In this document: piece by piece, positions 37,884-49,650 of the stretch | Position numbering within the stretch: the stretch's first letter is position 1 | Layout of the letters: each line of letters begins with the position of its first letter | NCBI GenBank assembly: GCA_041163605.1 | Contig: JBEAQY010000066.1 | Span: 1,910-65,909, forward strand | Length of the DNA stretch: 64,000 nucleotides | Reading direction: 5' to 3' | Origin: Bacteroidota bacterium | GTDB lineage: Bacteria; Bacteroidota; Bacteroidia; Flavobacteriales_D; Crocinitomicaceae | Notes under the pieces: model-generated | The model's database searches: none | What the model was told of the DNA's origin: nothing | Seen by the model: the letters and a program-made list of their open reading frames with translations, nothing else | Made by a program: the position numbers and the translations under genes

Positions 37884-37904
37884 TATTATAAAGTTTAAAA
37901 AGAA

Positions 37905-38303
37905 ATGACTACAGATCCAATCGCAGATTTTTTAACCCGTATACGCAACGCTAGTGCTGCAGGGTTAAAAATGGTTGAAATTCCAAGTTCAAACATAAAA
38001 CGTGCAATGACACAAATTTTGTTTGATCAAGGGTACATTCTTAACTACAAGTTTGAGGATGACAACAAACAGGGTATCATTAAAATTGCATTGAAATACA
38101 ATATGTCTACGCGTATTCCTGCAATTACCAAATTACAACGAATCTCTAAGCCAGGGTTAAGAAAATATGCCGGTTCTGAAGAACTTCCGCGTGTATTAAA
38201 TGGACTAGGTATTGCCATGATCTCAACATCCAGAGGCGTGATTACAGATAAAGAGGCACGCAAGTTGAATGTTGGTGGTGAAGTATTGTGTTACGTATAT
38301 TAA
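37905..38303 (+). CDS. rpsH: 30S ribosomal protein S8
   Basis: [13 protein letters not shown]...GGEVLCYVY. Confidence 0.96.
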   Translation: MTTDPIADFLTRIRNASAAGLKMVEIPSSNIKRAMTQILFDQGYILNYKFEDDNKQGIIKIALKYNMSTRIPAITKLQRISKPGLRKYAGSEELPRVLNGLGIAMISTSRGVITDKEARKLNVGGEVLCYVY

Positions 38304-38313
38304 AAATTGAAAG

Positions 38314-38871
38314 ATGTCAAGAATTGGTAAATTGCCCATTACAATCCCTACAGGTGTAGAATATGCACTGAATGGAAATGTAGTTTCCATCAAAGGAAAG
38401 AAAGGGACTTTAACACAAGATATAGATTTGTCAAGTGTTACATTGAGTTTGGAAGATAATATCCTTACGATTACTCGCGCTTCAGAAGCTCCGGATCACC
38501 GATCTAAGCATGGTTTATATCGTGCCTTAATTTACAACATGATTGTTGGGGTTACAGACGGATTTAAAAAAGAAATGGAAATTGTTGGTGTAGGTTATCG
38601 TGCAAATGCAAATGGTCAGATGCTTGAACTTGCCCTTGGCTTTTCACATCAAGTTGTTTTCGAAATTCCGAAAGAAGTAAAATGTTCTACGGTAACAGAA
38701 AAAGGTAAAGCTCCTGTGGTAACATTAGAGTCATATGATAAACAATTGCTAGGTGCAGTTGCAGCCAAGATTCGTAGCCTCAGAAAACCTGAACCGTACA
38801 AAGGGAAAGGTATTAAGTTCGTAGGGGAAGAGATTAGAAGAAAAGCTGGTAAATCAGCAGTTAAAAAATAA
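38314..38871 (+). CDS. rplF: 50S ribosomal protein L6
   Basis: MSRIGKLPITIP.GV...VGVGYRA...PEPYKGKGIKF. Confidence 0.96.
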   Translation: MSRIGKLPITIPTGVEYALNGNVVSIKGKKGTLTQDIDLSSVTLSLEDNILTITRASEAPDHRSKHGLYRALIYNMIVGVTDGFKKEMEIVGVGYRANANGQMLELALGFSHQVVFEIPKEVKCSTVTEKGKAPVVTLESYDKQLLGAVAAKIRSLRKPEPYKGKGIKFVGEEIRRKAGKSAVKK

Positions 38872-38883
38872 TTAGGTAAACTC

Positions 38884-39237
38884 ATGGCACTAAACAAAGT
38901 TTTAAGAAGAGCGAAAATAAAACGCAGAATCCGAAAGAAAGTTTTTGGCACCTCTGCCATTCCAAGATTGTCTGTATTTAGAAGTAACAAGCAAATCTAT
39001 GCTCAGATTATTGATGATACAACGGGAAAAACACTTGCATCTGCAGGCTCGTTAAAAAATGAAGCAGCTCAAAAAGCAGCAAAGCTCGAACAAGCAGCGA
39101 TGGTTGGAAAAATGATTGCAGAGAACGCTACTAAAGCTGGCATTCAAGCGGTAGTGTTTGATCGTAATGGTTATTTATATCACGGAAGAGTGAAATCACT
39201 TGCTGATTCTGCTCGAGAAAGTGGACTTAAATTTTAA
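38884..39237 (+). CDS. rplR: 50S ribosomal protein L18
   Basis: 117 aa with [19 protein letters not shown]...[25 protein letters not shown]. Confidence 0.95.
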   Translation: MALNKVLRRAKIKRRIRKKVFGTSAIPRLSVFRSNKQIYAQIIDDTTGKTLASAGSLKNEAAQKAAKLEQAAMVGKMIAENATKAGIQAVVFDRNGYLYHGRVKSLADSARESGLKF

Positions 39238-39242
39238 TAAGA

Positions 39243-39764
39243 ATGAGTACGCAGCAAAATTTAAACAGAGTAAAATCGGCAGATATCGAGTTAAAAGATA
39301 AACTCGTAGCCGTGAACCGTGTAACGAAAGTAACCAAAGGTGGAAGAACGTTCAGTTTTTCAGCAATCGTTGTGGTTGGAGATGAAAACGGTGTAGTTGG
39401 TCATGGACTTGGAAAAGCAAAAGAAGTTACTGAAGCTATTACCAAAGGAATAGATGATGCGAAAAAGAATTTGATTCGCGTTCCAATTCGTAAAGGAACC
39501 GTTCCACACACTCAAAAAGGAAAATACGGAGGTGCGGAAGTTTTATTGAAACCAGCTACGGATGGTACCGGTGTAATTGCGGGTGGTGCTATGCGTGCAG
39601 TGCTTGAGAGCGTTGGTGTACACAACGTACTGGCGAAATCCCAAGGTTCTTCAAATCCTCACAATGTGGTCAAAGCAACAATGGATGCGCTTTCAAAAAT
39701 GCGTGACGCAGCAGCAGTTGCCCGTCAGCGTGGAATTGACCTTAATAAAGTATTTAACGGGTAA
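39243..39764 (+). CDS. rpsE: 30S ribosomal protein S5
   Basis: [36 protein letters not shown]. Confidence 0.96.
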   Translation: MSTQQNLNRVKSADIELKDKLVAVNRVTKVTKGGRTFSFSAIVVVGDENGVVGHGLGKAKEVTEAITKGIDDAKKNLIRVPIRKGTVPHTQKGKYGGAEVLLKPATDGTGVIAGGAMRAVLESVGVHNVLAKSQGSSNPHNVVKATMDALSKMRDAAAVARQRGIDLNKVFNG

Positions 39765-39775
39765 TTTTTCAAACA

Positions 39776-39952
39776 ATGAGTGTAATTAAAATCAAACAAG
39801 TAAGAAGTGCCATTAAACGTCCAGCTGATCAAAAAGCCACGATTAAAGCATTAGGATTTAAACGTCTAAATCATGTGGTTGAAAAAGAAGGAACTCCACA
39901 GATTTTAGGTATGATAAATAAGGTAAAGCACCTTATTCAGATCGTTGATTAA
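39776..39952 (+). CDS. rpmD: 50S ribosomal protein L30
   Basis: Not in the ORF track (58 aa). Hand translation gives MSVIKIKQVRSAIKRPADQKATIKALGFKRLNHVVEKEGTPQILGMINKVKHLIQIVD, in the expected slot between rpsE and rplO. Confidence 0.88.
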   Translation: MSVIKIKQVRSAIKRPADQKATIKALGFKRLNHVVEKEGTPQILGMINKVKHLIQIVD

Positions 39953-39970
39953 TAAGATAATAACTTAGAA

Positions 39971-40417
39971 ATGGGTTTACATGATTTAACACCGGCCGCT
40001 GGATCGGTTAAAAGTGAAAAAAGAATAGGTAGAGGACAAGGATCGGGCCGCGGTGGAACATCAACACGTGGTCACAAAGGAGCCAAGTCTCGTTCTGGTT
40101 ATTCAAAAAAGATAGGTTTCGAAGGAGGGCAAATGCCTTTACAAAGACGTGTACCTAAGTTTGGTTTCAAAAACATTAACAGAGTTGAATACAAAGCTAT
40201 AAATCTTGATTCACTTCAAATGTTGGCCGAAACCAAAGGAATTACAGAATTCAATTTAGATACTTTCTTGGACAATGGATTGATTTCTGGTACCAAGTTG
40301 GTTAAAATTTTAGGTCGAGGCGAATTGAAGGCTGCAGTTAAAGTAACTGCGCATCATTTTTCTACAACAGCTACAGCAGCAATCGAAGCAGCAGGGGGTA
40401 GTGTTACCAAAATCTGA
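39971..40417 (+). CDS. rplO: 50S ribosomal protein L15
   Basis: RIGRGQGSGRGGTSTRGHKG.KSRSG...GFEGGQMPLQRR.PK.GF. Confidence 0.96.
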   Translation: MGLHDLTPAAGSVKSEKRIGRGQGSGRGGTSTRGHKGAKSRSGYSKKIGFEGGQMPLQRRVPKFGFKNINRVEYKAINLDSLQMLAETKGITEFNLDTFLDNGLISGTKLVKILGRGELKAAVKVTAHHFSTTATAAIEAAGGSVTKI

Positions 40418-40429
40418 TAATAAATCGAA

Positions 40430-41788
40430 ATGAAAAGATTCATAACCAATCTGAAAAATATCTGGAACGTAGTTGAACTTCGTCAACGAATCCTATTAAC
40501 CTTAGGGTTGGTGCTTGCATACCGGATTGGCTCGTTTGTAATTCTTCCAGGAATTAATTACAGTATACTAGAAAGTGCCTCTGCAGGTGGTTCTGAAACG
40601 CAAAAAGGAATTGAGAATTTATTGTCTCTTTTCTCTGGCGGTGGTTTTACAAATGCGTCTATTATGGCCTTAGGTATAATGCCTTACATTTCAGCAAGTA
40701 TCATCATGCAGTTGTTAGGTATGGCTGTCCCGGCCGTTCAAAAACTGCAAAACGATGGAGAATCTGGTCGTAAAGTAATAAACAATTATACTCGAATACT
40801 TACCATCGTAATTTGTGTGCTTCAAGCCCCATCTTATTTGAAAATGTATGTAGAACAGAAAGGCGCATTACCTGACGATCCATCTACATTTTGGTGGGCA
40901 CAAACTATTATTATATTAGTTGCAGGGTCCATGTTCGCAGTGTGGTTAGGAGAACGTATTACGGAAAAAGGTATAGGGAATGGTATATCCTTGTTAATCG
41001 CTGTAGGTATATTATCTCGACTTCCCGGAGCATTCATCGCAGAAGTTGGAAAATCTTTCGAAGGAGGAAACCTGATCAAGTTAGTATTAGAAGTTATCGT
41101 ATTAATGCTAATTATATTGAGCGTTATTTTGATTGTTCAAGGGGTTCGAAGAGTGCCGCTTAACACAGCAAAAGGTGTAGTTGGAAATCGCGCAGTAGAA
41201 GCGCAGCAAACAAGAAATTACCTTCCACTAAAGGTTAATGCGAGTGGTGTAATGCCTATCATTTTTGCTCAGGCAATACTTACGATTCCAATGACTATAT
41301 TTTTAAGCGCGACAGATTCCAAAGGCGGAGGAGGAATTGTTCAACGTATATTGAGCGATCCATATGGTTTGTGGTACAATGTTATCCTGGTAGTCATGAT
41401 TGTAGTGTTTACTTATTTCTATACTGCAATTATGATTAATCCACGAAAGATTGCGGATGATTTGAAACGAAGCGGTGGCTTTGTTCCTGGGGTAAGACCA
41501 GGCGATGACACTGCGCATCATATTGATGATTTAGTAACACGAATTACCTTTCCAGGTTCCTTATTTTTAGCAGCGATTGCTATCATACCGGCGATTGCTA
41601 AAATAGCTGGTGTTAATGATTCGTTTGCAATGTTTTTTGGTGGAACGTCACTTTTAATTATGGTAGGTGTGGTTTTGGATACCTTACAACAAATTGAAAC
41701 GTATTTATTGAACCGCCACATGGATTCATTAATGGGTGACACAAAGGTGAGAGGAAGAAGAGGAGCTAACGAATTATCAGGATTTTAA
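40430..41788 (+). CDS. secY: Preprotein translocase subunit SecY
   Basis: 452-aa polytopic protein with ...LFSGG...SIMALGIMPYISASIIMQLL... and GIGNGISLLI motifs. Confidence 0.96.
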   Translation: MKRFITNLKNIWNVVELRQRILLTLGLVLAYRIGSFVILPGINYSILESASAGGSETQKGIENLLSLFSGGGFTNASIMALGIMPYISASIIMQLLGMAVPAVQKLQNDGESGRKVINNYTRILTIVICVLQAPSYLKMYVEQKGALPDDPSTFWWAQTIIILVAGSMFAVWLGERITEKGIGNGISLLIAVGILSRLPGAFIAEVGKSFEGGNLIKLVLEVIVLMLIILSVILIVQGVRRVPLNTAKGVVGNRAVEAQQTRNYLPLKVNASGVMPIIFAQAILTIPMTIFLSATDSKGGGGIVQRILSDPYGLWYNVILVVMIVVFTYFYTAIMINPRKIADDLKRSGGFVPGVRPGDDTAHHIDDLVTRITFPGSLFLAAIAIIPAIAKIAGVNDSFAMFFGGTSLLIMVGVVLDTLQQIETYLLNRHMDSLMGDTKVRGRRGANELSGF

Positions 41789-41791
41789 GAT

Positions 41792-42010
41792 ATGGCAAAA
41801 CAATCATCCATAGAACAAGACGGTACTATTTTGGAAGCATTACCCAATGCAATGTTCCGTGTTGAACTTCAAAATGGACACGTGATTACTGCCCATATCT
41901 CCGGTAAAATGAGAATGTTTTACATTAAAATTCTCCCAGGAGATCGAGTTAAGGTAGAAATGTCACCATATGATTTAACAAAAGGTAGGATTTCATTTAG
42001 ATATAAATAA
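41792..42010 (+). CDS. infA: Translation initiation factor IF-1
   Basis: [30 protein letters not shown]...[30 protein letters not shown]. Confidence 0.96.
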   Translation: MAKQSSIEQDGTILEALPNAMFRVELQNGHVITAHISGKMRMFYIKILPGDRVKVEMSPYDLTKGRISFRYK

Positions 42011-42024
42011 TTAATACATAGAAA

Positions 42025-42141
42025 ATGAAGGTTAGAGCATCTGTTAAAAAGCGAACTGCGGATTGCAAAATTGTAAAGCGAAAAGGAAGGGTTTATGTGA
42101 TAAACAAAAAGAACCCGAAGTTAAAACAACGTCAAGGATAA
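42025..42141 (+). CDS. rpmJ: 50S ribosomal protein L36 (zinc-ligand-poor 'type B' sequence)
   Basis: Not in the ORF track (38 aa). Hand translation gives [38 protein letters not shown], in the expected slot between infA and rpsM. Confidence 0.9.
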   Translation: MKVRASVKKRTADCKIVKRKGRVYVINKKNPKLKQRQG

Positions 42142-42151
42142 AATAAGATAT

Positions 42152-42526
42152 ATGGCACGTATTGCAGGTATAGATTTACCAAAAAACAAAAGAGGAGTTA
42201 TCGGATTAACCTACATCTATGGGATTGGACGTAGTACATCTAAAAAAATTCTAAACGATAACGGAATTGACGAAAACGTTAAAGTTCAAGACTGGAATGA
42301 TGACCAGTTGTCGGCAATTCGTAATTCTGTTAACGAAGTAAAAACTGAAGGTCAGTTGCGTTCCGAAATGCAATTAAACATTAAGCGATTAATGGATATT
42401 GGTTGCTATCGTGGTATCCGTCATCGTTCAGGTTTACCCCTACGTGGTCAGCATACTAAGAACAATTCTAGAACAAGAAAAGGTAAGAGAAAAACTGTTG
42501 CCAACAAGAAAAAGGTAACTAAATAA
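42152..42526 (+). CDS. rpsM: 30S ribosomal protein S13
   Basis: [24 protein letters not shown]...[23 protein letters not shown]. Confidence 0.97.
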   Translation: MARIAGIDLPKNKRGVIGLTYIYGIGRSTSKKILNDNGIDENVKVQDWNDDQLSAIRNSVNEVKTEGQLRSEMQLNIKRLMDIGCYRGIRHRSGLPLRGQHTKNNSRTRKGKRKTVANKKKVTK

Positions 42527-42537
42527 TAAGTAAAAAC

Positions 42538-42924
42538 ATGGCAAAATCCAATCAAAAGAAGAAGAAAAATGTCAAGGTTGAGGCCGCTGGGGAAGCACAC
42601 ATCCAAGCAAGTTTCAACAATATTATTGTTTCCTTGACAAACAACGCCGGACAAGTGATCTCATGGTCATCTGCTGGTAAAATGGGCTTCAAAGGTTCTA
42701 AAAAGAACACTCCGTATGCCGCTCAGCTAGCCGCTGAAGACGCAGCGAAAGAAGCACATGACTTCGGACTACGTAGAGTTCGTGTTTTTGTGAAAGGGCC
42801 AGGCGCTGGGCGTGAGTCAGCGATTCGTTCACTTCACAATTCAGGAATTGAAGTAACTGAAATTATTGATGTGACACCACTACCGCACAACGGTTGTCGT
42901 CCACCAAAGAAAAGAAGAGTATAA
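42538..42924 (+). CDS. rpsK: 30S ribosomal protein S11
   Basis: [17 protein letters not shown]...GFKGSKK.TPYAAQ.AAE...[16 protein letters not shown]. Confidence 0.97.
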   Translation: MAKSNQKKKKNVKVEAAGEAHIQASFNNIIVSLTNNAGQVISWSSAGKMGFKGSKKNTPYAAQLAAEDAAKEAHDFGLRRVRVFVKGPGAGRESAIRSLHNSGIEVTEIIDVTPLPHNGCRPPKKRRV

Positions 42925-42983
42925 TTTTATTTAACCAGTCATCGAAGGAAAATGCCTTAATTCATGGCTAAAAATTAATAACA

Positions 42984-43592
42984 ATGGCAAGATATAGAGG
43001 TCCTAAATCAAAAATCGCTCGTCGATTCAGAGATCCAATTTTTGGTCCTGATAAAGCACTTGAGCGTAGAAGTTATGGTCCCGGACAACACGGGCCGTCT
43101 AAACGTAGAGGTGGAAAACAATCTGAATACGCAATTCAGTTGGGTGAGAAACAAAAGGCTAAATATACCTATGGTATTTTAGAACGTCAATTCGCTAACA
43201 TGTTTGAGAAAGCCTCCCGAATGAAAGGAATTACAGGGGAGAACTTACTTCAATTGTGTGAATCTCGTCTAGATAACATGGTATTCCGTTTAGGAATTGC
43301 ACCTTCAAGAAGAGCTGCTCGTCAGTTAGTAGGTCACCGTCACATCACTGTGAACGGAGAAATTGTAAACGTTCCTTCATTTCACGTTCGTCCAGGGGAT
43401 ACCGTAAGTGTGCGTGAAAAATCTAAATCGCTTGAAGCTGTTGTTTCTTCATTGAACGCAATAAACAAACGATTAGATTGGATAGATTGGGATGGAGCAA
43501 CCATGACAGGTAAATTGATTAACATGCCTTCTCGTGAAATGATCCCTGAAAACATCAAGGAACAACTAATCGTCGAATTGTATTCTAAATAA
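42984..43592 (+). CDS. rpsD: 30S ribosomal protein S4
   Basis: [11 protein letters not shown]...SEY..QL.EKQK.K..YG..ERQF...RLDN.VFRLG.A.SR..ARQLV.H.HI.VNG. Confidence 0.97.
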   Translation: MARYRGPKSKIARRFRDPIFGPDKALERRSYGPGQHGPSKRRGGKQSEYAIQLGEKQKAKYTYGILERQFANMFEKASRMKGITGENLLQLCESRLDNMVFRLGIAPSRRAARQLVGHRHITVNGEIVNVPSFHVRPGDTVSVREKSKSLEAVVSSLNAINKRLDWIDWDGATMTGKLINMPSREMIPENIKEQLIVELYSK

Positions 43593-43607
43593 TTTTTAAT
43601 TTCAGCA

Positions 43608-44600
43608 ATGGCAATACTTAATTTTCAAAAACCGGATAAAGTTGTAATGCTCCAATCGGATGCGTTTAATGGAGAATTTGAATTTCGCCCACTTGAACCA
43701 GGCTACGGCATTACAATCGGTAACTCGCTTAGAAGAATTCTTTTATCTTCTCTAGAAGGGTTTGCAATTTCCTCTATCAGAATAGAGGGCGTTGATCATG
43801 AGTTTAGCACCATGAAAGGAGTGGTTGAAGATGTGACAGAAATGATCCTAAATTTGAAACAAGTTCGATTTAAACAACAAATTGATTCTGTGGATAATGA
43901 AACGGTGATTGTTTCTATTACTGGACAAAATACTTTAACAGCTGGTGATATCGGTAAGTTTACAAATGGATTTCAAGTCTTGAATCCAGACTTAGTGATT
44001 TGTAATATGGAACCTTCTGTGAAGATAGAGATGGAACTTACAATCATTAAAGGACGTGGTTACTATCCTTCAGAGGAGAATAAACAAGAAGACGCTCCAT
44101 TTGGTACGATATTTATTGATTCAATCTTTACTCCGATTAAAAATGTTCAATATACGATTGAAAACTATCGTGTAGAGCAAAAAACGGATTTCGAGAAATT
44201 GGTACTAAATATTACCACAGATGGTTCAGTTCATCCGAAAGAAGCCTTGAAGGAAGCAGCTAAAATTTTGATTCAACATTTTATGTTATTCTCTGATGAG
44301 CGAATCACATTGGATAATGAAATGAAAACTGACACTGAGGAGTTTGATGAAAGCTCGCTTCACATGCGTCAATTGCTTAAAACGAAATTGGTTGATATGG
44401 ACTTGTCTGTTCGTGCCTTGAATTGTTTAAAAGCAGCTGAAGTTGATACCCTTGGTGATTTGGTTTCTTTCGCGAAATCAGATTTATTGAAATTCCGAAA
44501 TTTCGGTAAGAAATCTCTTACAGAATTAGAAGACCTTGTAGATAATAAAGGACTTACTTTTGGAATGAATGTAGCAAAGTATAAATTAGACAAAGACTAG
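43608..44600 (+). CDS. rpoA: DNA-directed RNA polymerase alpha subunit
   Basis: 330 aa with PLE.GYG.T.GN.LRR.LLSS..G.A N-terminal domain and a C-terminal domain containing [18 protein letters not shown]. Confidence 0.96.
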   Translation: MAILNFQKPDKVVMLQSDAFNGEFEFRPLEPGYGITIGNSLRRILLSSLEGFAISSIRIEGVDHEFSTMKGVVEDVTEMILNLKQVRFKQQIDSVDNETVIVSITGQNTLTAGDIGKFTNGFQVLNPDLVICNMEPSVKIEMELTIIKGRGYYPSEENKQEDAPFGTIFIDSIFTPIKNVQYTIENYRVEQKTDFEKLVLNITTDGSVHPKEALKEAAKILIQHFMLFSDERITLDNEMKTDTEEFDESSLHMRQLLKTKLVDMDLSVRALNCLKAAEVDTLGDLVSFAKSDLLKFRNFGKKSLTELEDLVDNKGLTFGMNVAKYKLDKD

Positions 44601-44617
44601 TCGCAAAGACCTGAGAG

Positions 44618-45385
44618 ATGAGACACGGAAATAAATTAAACCATCTAGGAAGAAAATCTGCCCACAGAAAGGCGATGATTTCGAATATGGCTTGTTCATT
44701 GATTCAACATAAACGAATCAATACAACCCTTGCTAAAGCAAAGGCGCTACGCGTTTTTGTTGAGCCAATTCTTACTAAATCAAAAACGGATTCTACGCAT
44801 TCACGTCGGGTAGTATTCTCGTATTTACAAAATAAGGAAGTTGTTACGGAATTATTTAGAGACATTGCACCTAAAATCGCTGAGCGTAATGGTGGATATA
44901 CTCGAATCATTCGTACCGGATACCGCTTAGGTGATAATGCCGAAATGTGTATGATTGAATTAGTTGATTTTAATGAAATCTACAACACAGATCGTACGAA
45001 GAAAACTACACGCCGTTCACGTCGTGGTGGTTCAAGTGCAACTAAAGAAACTATAGCTGTTGATTCAACACCAACAGATACTGCTACTGAAGCTGTGGTT
45101 GAAGATGCGATAATAATCGATGAAGCACCAGTAGCGGAAGAAGCGCCTGCAGCCGAAGAAGCCCCTGCAGCCGAGGCGGCACCAGTAGCTGAAGAAGCAC
45201 CTGCAGCCGAGGCAGCACCAGTAGCTGAAGAAGCACCTACAGCCGAGGCAGCACCAGTAGCTGAAGAAGCACCTGCAGCCGAGGAAGCACCAGCAGCTGA
45301 AGAAGCGCCTGCAGCCGAAGAAGGATCAGATGCTACTGAACCTACATCAGATGATTCTTCAGAAGAAGACTCAAAAGAAGCATAA
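44618..45385 (+). CDS. rplQ: 50S ribosomal protein L17 with a long acidic Ala/Pro/Glu-repeat C-terminal extension
   Basis: [21 protein letters not shown]...L..H.RI.TT..KAK.LR...E...T core, followed by an extension of about 120 aa containing 11 hexapeptide repeats (AP[AVT]AE[EA]). Confidence 0.93.
   Translation: MRHGNKLNHLGRKSAHRKAMISNMACSLIQHKRINTTLAKAKALRVFVEPILTKSKTDSTHSRRVVFSYLQNKEVVTELFRDIAPKIAERNGGYTRIIRTGYRLGDNAEMCMIELVDFNEIYNTDRTKKTTRRSRRGGSSATKETIAVDSTPTDTATEAVVEDAIIIDEAPVAEEAPAAEEAPAAEAAPVAEEAPAAEAAPVAEEAPTAEAAPVAEEAPAAEEAPAAEEAPAAEEGSDATEPTSDDSSEEDSKEA
45125..45322 (+). repeat. In-frame tandem repeat, 11 x 18 nt (higher-order 36-nt unit), inside rplQ
   Basis: GCACCAGTAGCTGAAGAAGCACCTGCAGCCGAGGCA recurs nearly exactly at 45179, 45215 and 45251, with degenerate 18-nt units on either side. 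Confidence 0.9.
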
Positions 45386-45404
45386 GCTATTCACACATGT
45401 TGAT

Positions 45405-45434
45405 AAAAAAAGACGGCTTTTAGTCGTCTTTTTT
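45405..45434 (+). terminator. Intrinsic terminator ending the ribosomal supercluster
   Basis: AAAAAAGACG-GCTTTTAGT-CGTCTTTTTT: hairpin with a U-run, 20 nt after the rplQ stop. Confidence 0.75.
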
Positions 45435-45467
45435 GTTTTACACAGGTGCTGCTTCGTTTGAAGCGAT

Positions 45468-45475
45468 TAATTTTG
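45468..45475 (+). promoter_or_regulatory. -7 box TAATTTTG upstream of carA
   Basis: Exact TAnnTTTG match 13 nt upstream of the carA ATG. Confidence 0.45.
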
Positions 45476-45488
45476 TCAAAATAATTCC

Positions 45489-47881
<2,393 letters not shown>

Positions 47882-48334
47882 TTGGTTACTCGATTCAATC
47901 TAAGGGTATATGGCATTGTAATTAATGATCAAGGAGAAGTCCTGATATCCCATGAACGACGAAATGGATTTGAATTTACTAAGTTTCCTGGCGGCGGTTT
48001 AGAGTTAGGAGAAGGTATTTTAGATGCATTAAAAAGAGAGTTTCTAGAAGAAATAGGTGTTCCTGTAGAATCAGCACGTTTGTTTTATCTGAATGAATTT
48101 TATCAAGCGTCTGTTTTTAAAGCCGAAGATCAAATTATTTCATTTTATTATTTAGTAACATTACAATCAGGTAAGATTAATGTTATGGTAAAAAATAGGC
48201 CTGTCGGATCAATCGATTCAAGTGATTTTGAATGGGTAGAATGGCGTGCATTGACGGACTTAATTCCGGATCAAATGACCTTCCCAATTGATAAGATAGT
48301 TGTTACTGAATTAAAGGAATCATTACTAAAATAG
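47882..48334 (+). CDS. NUDIX hydrolase
   Basis: Nudix box GGGLELGEGILDALKREFLEEIGV. A TTG start lies directly after the eno stop, and there is no in-frame ATG upstream of the box. Confidence 0.75.
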   Translation: MVTRFNLRVYGIVINDQGEVLISHERRNGFEFTKFPGGGLELGEGILDALKREFLEEIGVPVESARLFYLNEFYQASVFKAEDQIISFYYLVTLQSGKINVMVKNRPVGSIDSSDFEWVEWRALTDLIPDQMTFPIDKIVVTELKESLLK

Positions 48335-48386
48335 CGGTTTTTATTTTTTTATTTCCCTCCTTAGGTATCCTTATGAATTTTCTGTG

Positions 48387-48394
48387 TATTTTTG
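48387..48394 (+). promoter_or_regulatory. -7 box TATTTTTG upstream of the XRE-family gene
   Basis: Exact TAnnTTTG match 35 nt upstream of the ATG at 48430. Confidence 0.4.
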
Positions 48395-48429
48395 ACTTTT
48401 ACATGAACTAACTTAAACTAAGGCGGCAT

Positions 48430-48708
48430 ATGGCAACAAATTCAGATAAAGACCTATTGATAAATGTTGGTAAGCAAATTAGATTAATTCGCAAAAAACA
48501 AGGGAAAGCGCTTAAAGATTTAGCTCAGGCGGTTGGAATGGAGCCTTCCAATTTATCCGTAATTGAAAATGGTAAATCTAACCCGCAATTATTGACTTAT
48601 GTTAAAATTGCGTCAGCCTTAAATTGTACAATGGGGGACTTGTTTGATTTCCCTTTTGAATATGATAAGTTAGAGCAGTCTTATATGCCAAGAAAGCATA
48701 ATCTATAA
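48430..48708 (+). CDS. XRE-family helix-turn-helix transcriptional regulator (stand-alone, 92 aa)
   Basis: IRLIRKKQGKALKDLAQAVGMEPSNLSVIENGKSNPQLLTYVKIASAL is a canonical Cro/CI-type HTH. Confidence 0.8.
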   Translation: MATNSDKDLLINVGKQIRLIRKKQGKALKDLAQAVGMEPSNLSVIENGKSNPQLLTYVKIASALNCTMGDLFDFPFEYDKLEQSYMPRKHNL

Positions 48709-48710
48709 CT

Positions 48711-49601
48711 TTATTTGTTAAAATTCTCTGCGACGATTAGTTCCTTGGTGCCATGGCTCCAAGAATAAAATCCTTCTCCAGATTTTACGCCTTTTTTACC
48801 GGCCATAACCATGTTTACCAACAAGGGACATGGGGCATATTTCGGATTTCCGAATCCGTCGTGTAATACGTGTAAAATAGCAAGACAAACGTCTAACCCT
48901 ATAAAATCCGCGAGTTGTAAGGGTCCCATCGGATGAGCCATCCCTAATTTCATTACCGTATCAATTTCCGCTACGCCGGCCACACCTTCATATAAGGTGT
49001 AAATTGCTTCATTTATCATTGGCATTAATATGCGGTTAGCAACAAACCCAGGATAGTCGTTCACCTCAACAGGAACTTTATTCAGTTTTTTAGACATGTC
49101 CATAATCGTGTTTGTTACCTCATCTGAAGTAGAATACCCACGGATTATTTCAACCAATTTCATTACAGGAACAGGATTCATGAAATGCATGCCAATGACC
49201 TTGTCCGGTCGTCTAGTTACCGCAGCAATTTGAGTAATAGAAATGGAAGATGTGTTGGTAGCTAATATTACAGAAGGATCAGTAAGCGCATCCAACTCCT
49301 TAAAAATCTTAAGTTTTAATTCAACGTTCTCGGTTGCAGCTTCTACTACCAGCGAGACTCCTACAACTCCCGACTTCATGTCGGTATGCGTAGTTAAATT
49401 AGCTAAGGTTGTTTCTTTCTCTGCCTTGGTCAGCGCCCCTTTACTTACTTGTCGATCAAGGTTTTTACCTATTGTAGCAATTGCTTTATCTAACGCGGTT
49501 TGCGATATATCAATAATGTTTACTTGGTGTCCAAATTGGGCAAATACGTGAGCAATCCCATTTCCCATGGTTCCTGCTCCAATAACTGCTACGTGTTTCA
49601 T
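48711..49601 (-). CDS. hbd: 3-hydroxybutyryl-CoA / 3-hydroxyacyl-CoA dehydrogenase
   Basis: MKHVAVIGAGTMGNGIAH Rossmann start, ...TNTSSISIT... and ...MGPL.LADFIGLD. I trimmed the start to the ATG at 49601 from the 331-aa ORF in the track. Confidence 0.88.
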   Translation of the reverse strand: MKHVAVIGAGTMGNGIAHVFAQFGHQVNIIDISQTALDKAIATIGKNLDRQVSKGALTKAEKETTLANLTTHTDMKSGVVGVSLVVEAATENVELKLKIFKELDALTDPSVILATNTSSISITQIAAVTRRPDKVIGMHFMNPVPVMKLVEIIRGYSTSDEVTNTIMDMSKKLNKVPVEVNDYPGFVANRILMPMINEAIYTLYEGVAGVAEIDTVMKLGMAHPMGPLQLADFIGLDVCLAILHVLHDGFGNPKYAPCPLLVNMVMAGKKGVKSGEGFYSWSHGTKELIVAENFNK

Positions 49602-49621
49602 ACATTTCTGAATTAGTCCGA

Positions 49622-49629
49622 CAAATATA
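49622..49629 (-). promoter_or_regulatory. -7 box (TATATTTG on - strand) upstream of hbd
   Basis: Plus strand reads CAAATATA, 20 nt upstream of the hbd ATG. Confidence 0.45.
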
Positions 49630-49636
49630 ATCATAG

Positions 49637-49644
49637 TATCTTTG
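49637..49644 (+). promoter_or_regulatory. -7 box TATCTTTG 6 nt upstream of the flippase ATG
   Basis: Exact TAnnTTTG match. The ATG is at 49651. It sits back to back with the hbd box. Confidence 0.45.
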
Positions 49645-49650
49645 TGTTGA

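Noticed and set aside
45125-45322. Regular 18/36-nt repeats that could be mistaken for a CRISPR array
   Set aside because: The repeats are contiguous with no spacers and lie in frame within rplQ, encoding AP[AVT]AE[EA]. No cas genes are present in the window.
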